A stretch of DNA of 34,381 nt from Candidatus Hydrothermarchaeota archaeon (GTDB lineage: Archaea; Hydrothermarchaeota; Hydrothermarchaeia; Hydrothermarchaeales; CAZSVW01), in NCBI GenBank assembly GCA_964610485.1, contig CAZSVW010000002.1, forward strand, positions 1-34,381. Reading direction: 5' to 3'. The notes beneath the pieces are model-generated. The model ran no database searches. It was not told the origin of the DNA and saw nothing but the letters and a program-made list of their open reading frames with translations. Of this stretch, positions 1 to 8,924 are shown one piece after another (the first letter of the stretch is position 1; every line of letters starts with the position of its first letter). The position numbers and the translations under genes were made by a program.

Positions 1-133
1 GTTGACAATGTAAAGTCGAAGTTTGGAATGAGGGAGAGCATTGCCTTTATAAAGGTTTATAAGAGTAGGGATAGAATGATTAGCATCGAGACAGATGCAA
101 AAATAAAGAAAAATTTTCCGGAGGAAATAAAAA

Positions 134-141
<8 letters not shown>
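1..141 (+). CDS. rps24e: ribosomal protein S24e, C-terminal fragment (5' end outside window)
   Basis: Frame-1 ORF is open from the window edge to TAA 139-141 ([46 protein letters not shown]). It lies directly upstream of S27ae and Kae1, the conserved archaeal rps24e-rps27ae-kae1 arrangement. The call rests mainly on context plus weak motif recall. Confidence 0.55.
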
Positions 142-1251
<1,110 letters not shown>

Positions 1252-1252
1252 A

Positions 1253-1324
1253 TGGACGCAGGGGGATTTGAACCCCCGGCCTCCGCCGTGCGAAGGCGGC
1301 GCTCTTCCACTGAGCTATGCGCCC
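1253..1324 (-). tRNA. tRNA-Ala (anticodon CGC)
   Basis: The reverse complement folds as a cloverleaf: GGGCGCA/TGCGTCC acceptor with G3:U70, anticodon stem CCGCC/GGCGG, loop TTCGCAC, T arm GGGGG-TTCAAAT-CCCCC. It is 72 nt and no CCA is encoded. Confidence 0.9.
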
Positions 1325-1360
1325 TTTTACTTTTTAAAGTTCTAAATAACAAATAGAAAA

Positions 1361-1370
1361 TTATTTATAC
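1361..1370 (+). promoter_or_regulatory. TATA-box-like element (TTATTTATAC) with purine-rich upstream flank
   Basis: It is centred about 27 nt upstream of ATG 1392, the spacing expected for an archaeal promoter driving a leaderless mRNA. Confidence 0.4.
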
Positions 1371-1391
1371 ACTTGCCCCAATTTTCTGTGC

Positions 1392-1798
1392 ATGAAGAAG
1401 TATGTAATTGGAGTGCTGTGGTCTTTTTTGTCTTAAGTGCATGTATGGGAGGTAAAACGGCTACTGCTCCACAGGCGTCTGGAAAAGAGCATACATTTAC
1501 GAAAGAGACACCGCAGGGGAAAGAGCAAATTACTGTTACTGAGGGAGAAGGTGGCGAGGATTGGTGCAAGAAGGGCATGAGTTGGTCATATACAGGGCCT
1601 CAAGGTGCAGCCTCTTTTGTAATAAAGGGAAAGACTACCTATAAGGGAAAAGAAGTATGTGAGGGAGAGTACGTAGATAAAACTACTGGTCAGAAAGTGG
1701 TTATCTACTTCACTAAAGGCCAGGAGCATATTTGGTGGGTAATTTACGATGCAAACGGGAACAAAATTACAGAATATGAATTAACAGGGGGAGGATAG
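1392..1798 (+). CDS. small secreted lipoprotein candidate; frame broken at T6 run 1424-1429 (needs a -1 shift or one extra T)
   Basis: ATG 1392 encodes MKKYVIGVLWSFLS* (stop 1434-1436). The -1 frame continues VLSACMGGKTATAPQ... to 1798. The joined product has an n-region, a hydrophobic core and an LSAC lipobox-like site. The track ORF 1373..1798 covers only the downstream frame, from a TTG inside the promoter. Confidence 0.5.
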
Positions 1799-1823
1799 AC
1801 CCCCTATCTTTTTAATTTTTAAA

Positions 1824-2561
1824 ATGAGATTAAAATTAAATTATGGGAATCTTAAAGTTTCTGTTTCGTATAAGCTCAGGAGAAGAGGAAATAGAAGTTT
1901 AGTTTTCATTCATGGTTTAGGGTGCACTAAGGAAATTTTCAACCGTGTATGGCATTTTCCAGGTTTTGATGAGTTTACGATTTTAACAATAGACCTAGTT
2001 GGATTTGGGGATTCTTCGAAACCGCAAGAATTTTCTTATGAAATAGAAGACCAAGCAGAAATTGTGAAATGTGTTCTAGAAAAACTCAAGTTAGAGAATG
2101 TAAACTTGATAGGTCATAGTATGGGAGGAGCCGTTGCTCTATTTCTAATAGAAAAAATTTCTTCGAAGGTTCAATCTTTTGCGAATCTTGAGGGAAATCT
2201 GATTCGAGAAGATTGTACAATAAGCGAGAAAGCTTTACATCTTCCTCTGAATAAATTAAAGTACAAAATGATGGAAGTAAGTGATGCATGGTATAGAATG
2301 GCAATGAAATCTTCAGAAAGTTCTTTTTATAAGAGTTCGAAATCTCTGGTTAGAATTTCAAAGAGTAACACGCTTTTAAGGCGGTTTATTAGTCTGAACA
2401 TTAGAAAAGCATATTTTTATGGAGAGAGAAATGCTAATTTACCTGTATTAAGGAAGCTTAAAAATGTAGAGAAAATATCCATATCCAAAAGTGGGCATTT
2501 TATGATGCTGGATAATCCTGAGGAGTTTTATTCTAAACTTTTGGATTTCATCGAGAGGTAA
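1824..2561 (+). CDS. alpha/beta-fold hydrolase
   Basis: It has the oxyanion-region motif VFIHGLG, the nucleophile elbow GHSMGG and a C-terminal SGHFMMLDNPEEF (catalytic His region), at 245 aa. Confidence 0.8.
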   Translation: MRLKLNYGNLKVSVSYKLRRRGNRSLVFIHGLGCTKEIFNRVWHFPGFDEFTILTIDLVGFGDSSKPQEFSYEIEDQAEIVKCVLEKLKLENVNLIGHSMGGAVALFLIEKISSKVQSFANLEGNLIREDCTISEKALHLPLNKLKYKMMEVSDAWYRMAMKSSESSFYKSSKSLVRISKSNTLLRRFISLNIRKAYFYGERNANLPVLRKLKNVEKISISKSGHFMMLDNPEEFYSKLLDFIER

Positions 2562-2624
2562 GGTGGCTATGGTTCTTTTCGTATATCTTTAAATATGATA
2601 GGAAAAATTCTTTTATAAGTGAGC

Positions 2625-2702
<78 letters not shown>

Positions 2703-2705
2703 AAA

Positions 2706-2779
2706 GCGGGCGTAGTCTAGCCTGGTTAGGACAGGAGCCTGCCACGCTTCTGGCCCGGGTTCAAATCCCGGCGCCCGCA
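2706..2779 (+). tRNA. tRNA-Gly (anticodon GCC)
   Basis: Acceptor GCGGGCG/CGCCCGC, anticodon stem GGAGC/GCTTC with loop CTGCCAC, T arm CCGGG-TTCAAAT-CCCGG, 74 nt. It lies 6 nt after tRNA-Ile, so the two are probably co-transcribed. Confidence 0.9.
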
Positions 2780-2800
2780 TTCAAAACATCGGAAGAAAAC

Positions 2801-2810
2801 TTTATATATA
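2801..2810 (+). promoter_or_regulatory. TATA-box-like element (TTTATATATA) for rpl10e
   Basis: It is centred about 27 nt upstream of ATG 2833. This supports a leaderless rpl10e transcript and ATG 2833 rather than the track's TTG 2824. Confidence 0.45.
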
Positions 2811-2832
2811 AAGTCATCCTTTTTTGGGAGCT

Positions 2833-3360
2833 ATGGGTAAAAGACCAGCAAGATGCTATAGGATACCTAAGAATAGGGCATATACTAGAAAGGAATATAT
2901 CAAAGCAATTCCAGCTTCTAAAATAACTATTTTTGATATGGGAAACTTGAGGGATGCGGATAGTTTCGAGGTAGAGCTCTCATTGGTGGCAAAAGAAATG
3001 GCCAATATAACACATAATGCATTAGAGGCTGCAAGAGTAGCTGCAAATAGGTATCTAATGAAAAAGGCGGGAAGGTCTAACTTCTATTTGAAAATAAGGG
3101 TATATCCCCATGAGATACTCAGAGAGAATAAGATGGCAACAGGTGCCGGTGCAGATAGGGTATCCGATGGCATGAGGAGAGCCTTCGGGAAACCTGTAGG
3201 ATTAGCTGCTCGGGTGAGAAAAGGACAGAGAATAATGAGTGTTAGGGTGAATCCAAATAACTATACAATAGCAAAGACTGCTCTAAAGAGGGCATCTTCC
3301 AAACTTCCGATCCCATGTAGCGTTGTGATAGACAGAGGAAAAGAAAAACTTAAACTTTGA
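2833..3360 (+). CDS. rpl10e: 50S ribosomal protein L10e (uL16)
   Basis: [27 protein letters not shown]... is the canonical L10e N-terminus. [13 protein letters not shown] is the conserved loop. The size is 175 aa. Confidence 0.9.
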   Translation: MGKRPARCYRIPKNRAYTRKEYIKAIPASKITIFDMGNLRDADSFEVELSLVAKEMANITHNALEAARVAANRYLMKKAGRSNFYLKIRVYPHEILRENKMATGAGADRVSDGMRRAFGKPVGLAARVRKGQRIMSVRVNPNNYTIAKTALKRASSKLPIPCSVVIDRGKEKLKL

Positions 3361-3386
3361 CGGATTTATTATTTTATTCAATGTCA

Positions 3387-3424
3387 ATGTTACATCATAT
3401 GTAACATATCCTCAAAAATTTTTT
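3387..3424 (+). terminator. 9-bp perfect hairpin (ATGTTACAT-cat-ATGTAACAT) followed by a T6 run; candidate rpl10e terminator and/or operator for the downstream HTH gene
   Basis: Arms 3387-3395 and 3399-3407 are exact reverse complements. Oligo-T lies at 3419-3424, and the element sits between the rpl10e stop (3360) and the HTH gene start (3451). Confidence 0.3.
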
Positions 3425-3450
3425 ATGGTTAAATCTTAAAATTGATTTTC

Positions 3451-3816
3451 ATGTTTAGAATTAAGGAGACATATTTAAAATATCTAAGAGAGATAGGTGG
3501 AGATATAATATCTTCGGAAGACCCCTCTGAGATAATAAGAAGAGAGCGAAAAAAAGCTAACATCACCCAAGAGGAATTAGGGAGGTTACTCGGAATAAGG
3601 AGAGAGACAGTCTCCAGAATAGAGAGGGGATACATTACCCCCACATTCAATTTTGTTAGAAAATTTTCAAGGATAATTGCAATTTCCAAAATTCTTGGAG
3701 GAGCTCATGGCTTGTTTTCTACTAATTTTTTGAGTCTATATTTCAATATGTCTCCTAGGGATATTAGGATGTTAATGGATATATCGCTTAGGAGAGAGGT
3801 GAAAAAATGGAGATAG
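3451..3816 (+). CDS. small XRE-family helix-turn-helix transcriptional regulator
   Basis: ANITQEELGRLLGIRRETVSRIERGYITP is a classic HTH_3/XRE motif. I prefer ATG 3451 to the track's TTG 3442. The 3' end overlaps the ppsA start by 10 nt. Confidence 0.6.
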   Translation: MFRIKETYLKYLREIGGDIISSEDPSEIIRRERKKANITQEELGRLLGIRRETVSRIERGYITPTFNFVRKFSRIIAISKILGGAHGLFSTNFLSLYFNMSPRDIRMLMDISLRREVKKWR

Positions 3817-6056
3817 CTTGGTTTAATGATCTGAATAAGGAAGATGTAGCTCTGGCAGGTGGGAAAGGGGCAAATTTGGGGGAGATGACACAGGCAAATC
3901 TCCCCGTACCCCCAGGATTTGTAGTTACCTCCAAAGCTTATTGGAGATTTTTGAGGGAATCTAAAATTTGGGACAGGATTTCTGAAATATAAAAGAGGAC
4001 AAATGTGGATAAAACAAGGGAACTACAAGAAGCTTCTAAAGAAATAAGGAAATTGATAGTAAATACGCCTATGCCGGAGGACCTAAAGAAGGAGATAGGC
4101 GAATACTACCTAAAACTTTCCAATGGTGAAGAGTTCGTGGCCATAAGAAGCTCTGCAACGGCAGAAGACTTACCAACTGCGAGTTTCGCTGGACAGCAAG
4201 AAACTTATTTGAATGTAAAAGGGGTTAAAAGTGTAGTTGAGCATGTTCAAAAATGTTGGTCTTCTCTTTTCACTCCAAGAGCCATTTTCTATAGAGAAAA
4301 GAAGGGGTTTGCCCATGAAAAGGTAGCTATAGCCGTGGTAGTTCAGCGAATGGTGAATGCCGATAAGGCTGGAGTAATGTTTACCGTTCATCCAGCTACC
4401 GGGGAAAGGGATAAAATAGTAATTGAGGCTGCATGGGGACTTGGAGAAGGCGTGGTTAGTGGTACAGTTACTCCAGACCATTATGTGGTAGATAAAGATT
4501 CTGGTAAGATTCTGGACAGGGAAATTGCTACGAAGGATGTAATGTTTGTAAGAGATAAAAAAACAGGAAAAACTGTCAAGAGAAAAGTTCCGAAAGAACT
4601 CAGAAAAAAGCAGGTTTTAAATGAAAAAGAAATTGAAGAACTAGTAAAACTTGGTAAGGTTATAGAAGAACATTATGACTTTCCTCAAGATATAGAATGG
4701 GCAATAGAAAAAGGTAAGGTGTATATTCTCCAATCTAGGCCAATTACTGTATTTTATGGCGAGAAAAAAGAGGAAGAAGTCGGAGAAAAAGAAGTTCTAG
4801 TTAAGGGTTTAGGTGCTTCTCCCGGCTTGGGTTCTGGGAAGGTAAAGGTCATATTTAGTACAGAAGAGTTAGATAAAATCAAGGAGGGAGACATTCTAGT
4901 TACTACTATGACAAATCCAGATATGGTACCAGCGATGAAGAGGGCGAGTGCGATAGTTACGGATGAGGGGGGAATGACGTGCCACGCAGCTATAGTATCT
5001 AGAGAATTGGGTATTCCTTGTGTAGTGGGGACACAGAATGCTACAGCTAAATTAAAGGATGGCATGGAGGTTACGGTAGACGGGACGAGAGGTGTAGTAT
5101 ATAAGGGACTTATAAAAGTAGAGAAAAAGGAAGAGGTGGTAAAGCCGGCACCTTCTAAAATAATAACAGCAACCGAGATAAAAGTTAATATAAGCATCCC
5201 CGAAATTGCACCTAAAGTAGCTCCGATTGCAGATGGCGTGGGGTTGCTTAGGGTAGAGCATTTAATTTTGGGTGTAGGCAAGCATCCTATCAAGTTTATC
5301 AGAGACAATGAAGAGGAAGAACTCGTTAAGAGGATAGCTGGAGGGGTCAGAAAAGTAGCTCAGGCTTTTTATCCGAAGCCAGTATGGTATAGAACATTGG
5401 ATGCTCCTACAGATGAGTTCAGAGCACTGGAAGGGGGGGAAGACGAACCAGTAGAGCACAATCCCATGCTTGGTTGGAGGGGTATTAGAAGAGGTCTCGA
5501 TCAGCCAGAACTCCTTAAAGCGGAGTTCAAAGCAATTAAAAAGCTTATTGATGAGGGATTCAAAAATATAGGAGTTATGATTCCCCTAGTGCAGCATCCA
5601 AGTGAGCTTAGAAAAGCTAAAGAAATTGCAAGGGAAGTGGGTTTAGAACCTCATAGAGATGTGAAATTTGGTATCATGGTGGAGACTCCCGCTTCAGCTT
5701 TGATAATAGAAGATTTCATAAAAGAGGGAATAGATTTTGTAAGTTTTGGCACTAATGACTTGACTCAATATACCTTGGCTTTAGACAGGAACAATGAAAG
5801 GGTAGCGAAGTTGTATACGGAGAAGCATAAGGCTGTACAGAGGCTAATAAAAGAGGTGATAAGTATATGCAGAAAGCATGGGGTGGAAACTTCTATCTGT
5901 GGTCAAGCAGGGTCGGATCCAGAAATAGCACGAAAGCTTGTTGAGTATGGGATCACGAGCATCTCAGCCAACCCGGATGCTGTAGAAGCTGTCAGAGAGA
6001 TGGTGGCAAGGACGGAGCTTAGACTACTTTTAGAGAAAACAAGGGATAAAAATTGA
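3807..6056 (+). pseudogene. ppsA: phosphoenolpyruvate synthase (pyruvate, water dikinase); one in-frame TAA at 3990-3992 splits it into 61-aa and 683-aa ORFs
   Basis: The N-terminal fragment carries the GGKGANLGEM ATP-grasp motif. The downstream part carries the phosphohistidine swivel TDEGGMTCHAAIVSRELGIPCVVG and the PEP-utilising barrel (FVSFGTNDLTQY, SICGQAGSDPE). Both ORFs share one frame (3807 and 4005 are both 0 mod 3) and are separated only by TAA plus 4 codons. Confidence 0.85.
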
Positions 6057-7171
6057 AAATCAACGATGTATTAGAGGAGTTGAGGAAATATAAGGCTAGA
6101 GATTTAGACTTTTCGGATGGAAGAATTTTAAGTTCCATGTGTACCTCTCCCCACAGGTTAGCTAGGCGTGCTTTTTTAGAGTTTATAGATACCAATCTTG
6201 GAGATCCCGGATTATTCCAGGGAACAAAAGAATTGGAAGAAAAAGCGATAAGATTTATGGCAGAGCTATTTAACTCAAAAGAAGCATGTGGTTTCATATG
6301 TTCTGGAGGAACCGAAGCAAATATTACAGCTCTATGGGTTGCAAGGAATCTCTCACGAAAGAAAGAAATAATCGTACCCGAGACAGCTCATTTTTCTTTT
6401 ATAAAAGCAAGCAATTTGCTTGGACTTAGACTTAAAGTGGCGAAGATAGATGAAAACCATGAAGTTGTTATAGAGGATGTTAGGAGAAAATTGGATAGAA
6501 AAAATACGGCAGCTATCGTTGGCATAGTGGGGACTACTGAATACGGGAGTATAGACGACATAGAATCCCTATCAGAAATAGCTGAAGACAGAGACATTTA
6601 TCTGCACATCGATGCCGCATTTGGTGGACTTGTTGTACCTTTCTTGGATATTCAGAGAAAATTCGACTTTTCTCTTGCTGGAGTTTGTTCTATCACTGTA
6701 GACCCCCATAAAATGGGAATGGTCCCCATACCATGTGGTAGTATACTGTTTAGAAATAGAGAATTTCTAGAATACATTTCTACCCCTACCCCTTATCTCA
6801 CTCAGAAGCGGCAACATACTCTTCTAGGAACAAGAACCGGCGCATCCGCTGCAGCGGCATATGCGATGTTCAGATTTTTTGGAAGAGAAGGTTATAGGAA
6901 AGTAGTAAAGAGGTGCATGAAGGTTACATACTACTTATACGAAAAAATAAAATCACTTGGACTTGAGGTTTTTTATCCTACTATGAATATCTTGGTATTT
7001 AATACCAAGGATAATGAGAGAATATTTACCGAGATATCAAAAAGAGGATGGACGGTATCGAGAACTAGAAAGGGAGAGATAAGAGTTGTTATAATGCCGC
7101 ATGTAAAGATTAAACAAGCTAGAGAATTTATTGGGGATCTAGAGGAGATATGCGGGAGATTTTTAGAATAG
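6053..7171 (+). CDS. mfnA: MfnA-type PLP-dependent L-tyrosine/L-aspartate decarboxylase
   Basis: Group II decarboxylase motifs are present: SGGTEANITALWVAR, HIDAAFGG and TVDPHKMG (PLP lysine). The 372-aa size matches archaeal MfnA. The TTG start overlaps the ppsA stop (TTGA). Confidence 0.8.
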   Translation: MKINDVLEELRKYKARDLDFSDGRILSSMCTSPHRLARRAFLEFIDTNLGDPGLFQGTKELEEKAIRFMAELFNSKEACGFICSGGTEANITALWVARNLSRKKEIIVPETAHFSFIKASNLLGLRLKVAKIDENHEVVIEDVRRKLDRKNTAAIVGIVGTTEYGSIDDIESLSEIAEDRDIYLHIDAAFGGLVVPFLDIQRKFDFSLAGVCSITVDPHKMGMVPIPCGSILFRNREFLEYISTPTPYLTQKRQHTLLGTRTGASAAAAYAMFRFFGREGYRKVVKRCMKVTYYLYEKIKSLGLEVFYPTMNILVFNTKDNERIFTEISKRGWTVSRTRKGEIRVVIMPHVKIKQAREFIGDLEEICGRFLE

Positions 7172-8112
7172 TAAAAGAAAAAGGTTATAAGAGGATAGGG
7201 CTCCAATTTCCAGAGGGACTTAAGTGGAAGGCTACAGAAATCATGCAGGATTTAGAGGCTCATGGGGTAACGGTATTTCTCTCTTTAGACCCGTGCTATG
7301 GCGCATGCGATTTGGCTGATAAAGAGATGGAAGAACTGGGCGTGGAAGCTTTATTCCATGTGGGACATTCCAAAATTTTGGATAATACTGCTATTCCTGT
7401 ATTCTATATAGAATACAAAATTGATTTTGATATTTTTCCATGCATTGAAGAAAATTTGGATATTTTACCGGATAGGATAGGCCTAATAACTAATATTCAG
7501 CATATTCATATGATTTCCAGCGTTAAAAAATTTTTAGAGGAAAAAGGAAAAAAGGTATTTGTAGGGTTACCTAAGGGTAGAGCCAAATATGCTGGTCAGG
7601 TATTGGGTTGTGATTTTTCTGCAGCTAGATGTATAATGAAAAAGGTCGACGGTTTTCTATATTTTGGCAGTGGAGATTTCCACCCTCTGGGCGTTGCTTT
7701 GGCAACAAAAAAAACTACCCTTGCCCTTGACATGGGAGGAAATATAAAAGATATTGGTAAAAAAGCTAGAAAAATATTAAAACAGAGATACTCCATTATA
7801 GCAAAGGCGGTAGAAGCGGAAAGTTTTGGAATTCTCATAGGAGAAAAAAGAGGGCAAAGAAGGCTAGAGCTTGCAATGAAATTAAAAGAAAAAATTGAAA
7901 AAAAAGAGAAAAAAGTTTTCTTGTTCAGCATAAGAGAAATAATTCCAGAGAATCTCAATTACATAAAAGTAGACGCTTTTATAAATACAGCTTGTCCTAG
8001 AGTTACAATCGATGAAGCATTGAGATTTAGGAAGCCGATATTAACTCCGAAGGAAGTAGAAATTTTAATCGGAGATAAAAAATGGGAAGAGTATGAGATG
8101 GATGAGTTTTAA
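7150..8112 (+). CDS. dph2: 2-(3-amino-3-carboxypropyl)histidine synthase Dph2 (diphthamide biosynthesis)
   Basis: IGLQFPEGLK opening motif. Three conserved Cys contexts (DPCYGACD, GCDFSAA, TACPR) are as in the archaeal Dph2 4Fe-4S/SAM enzyme. The size is 320 aa, and a GAGGAG Shine-Dalgarno lies just upstream of ATG 7150. Confidence 0.8.
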   Translation: MREIFRIVKEKGYKRIGLQFPEGLKWKATEIMQDLEAHGVTVFLSLDPCYGACDLADKEMEELGVEALFHVGHSKILDNTAIPVFYIEYKIDFDIFPCIEENLDILPDRIGLITNIQHIHMISSVKKFLEEKGKKVFVGLPKGRAKYAGQVLGCDFSAARCIMKKVDGFLYFGSGDFHPLGVALATKKTTLALDMGGNIKDIGKKARKILKQRYSIIAKAVEAESFGILIGEKRGQRRLELAMKLKEKIEKKEKKVFLFSIREIIPENLNYIKVDAFINTACPRVTIDEALRFRKPILTPKEVEILIGDKKWEEYEMDEF

Positions 8113-8924
8113 ATTTCTCCCCAGAATATAAATTCAGCAGGCCCCGTCATGTAAATTTCTTCTTGCATTTCAACATATATGTCACCACCTTTCGCATGAA
8201 ATACGAGGGTTTCCCCATAATTTGCTAGTCCAATCGCTATAGCTATAGCAGCACTTGCGCATATTCCAGTTCCACAAGCTAAAGTTTCCTTTTCTACTCC
8301 TCTTTCGTAAGTTCTTATCTTGAATTCTCTCTCTCCCATTTGTTGGACAAAATTTACATTCGCTCCTTGGGGGAAGATCTTACTGTGTCTCAGTTTTCTT
8401 CCCAGTTCTTCTACATTTAGGTCATCTATATCATTAACAAAAACTACGGCATGAGGTACACCTGTATTGACGGCACTTACTTCTATACCCTCTATTGTTT
8501 CTCTGATTAATTTTCCCTCACCTATTGCAGGTATTTTGTCTCTTTCGAATTGAGGTTTTCCCATATTTACCTTAACATAGCTTATTTTGCCATGATTTTT
8601 AGTAATTTCAACTTCTTTAATCCCCGCTAGCGTTTCAATGAGCTGTTTTTTTCCTATTATATCTCTGTCATATACATGTTTTGCAAGGCATCTTATTCCG
8701 TTTCCACACATTTCAGCTTCAGTTCCATCTGGATTGAAAATCCGCATTTTCAGGTCAGCTATTTTAGAAGACTCTGCAAGAATCAGTCCATCTCCTCCAA
8801 TTCCTAATCTCCTATGGCAAAGTTTCTTTGCCAGTATACTTTTATCTTCTTCTTTTATTTCTCCACTAAAATTTTCAATTATTATAAAATCGTTTCCAGC
8901 ACCGTGATATTTGTAGAATTTCAT
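8109..8924 (-). CDS. dapF: diaminopimelate epimerase
   Basis: GAGNDFIII motif plus both catalytic Cys motifs (MCGNGIRC and LACGTGICA), at 271 aa. There is an ATGA overlap with hmgA. Confidence 0.85.
   Translation of the reverse strand: MKFYKYHGAGNDFIIIENFSGEIKEEDKSILAKKLCHRRLGIGGDGLILAESSKIADLKMRIFNPDGTEAEMCGNGIRCLAKHVYDRDIIGKKQLIETLAGIKEVEITKNHGKISYVKVNMGKPQFERDKIPAIGEGKLIRETIEGIEVSAVNTGVPHAVVFVNDIDDLNVEELGRKLRHSKIFPQGANVNFVQQMGEREFKIRTYERGVEKETLACGTGICASAAIAIAIGLANYGETLVFHAKGGDIYVEMQEEIYMTGPAEFIFWGEI

Noticed and set aside
1373-1391. The track's TTG start at 1373 for the 141-aa ORF.
   Set aside because: It lies 3 nt after the TATA-like element, so it would be upstream of the expected transcription start. 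It also gives an acidic N-terminus (MPQFSVHEEVC) unlike a signal peptide. ATG 1392 in the other frame plus a shift explains the data better.
3990-3992. The in-frame stop in ppsA as selenocysteine or pyrrolysine recoding.
   Set aside because: The codon is TAA, not TGA or TAG. The aligned position in PpsA is a variable linker, not a catalytic residue.
4754-5308. 184-aa antisense ORF inside ppsA. Similar long antisense ORFs occur at 4170-4481, 7596-7958, 10526-10846, 24633-24947, 25541-25879, 27340-27711, 30373-30759 and 33193-33474.
   Set aside because: Each lies entirely within a strongly supported gene on the other strand. They have Ser/Phe/Leu/Ile-rich low-complexity composition, typical of the complement of purine-rich (K/E-rich) coding DNA. 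None has a motif or a start context.
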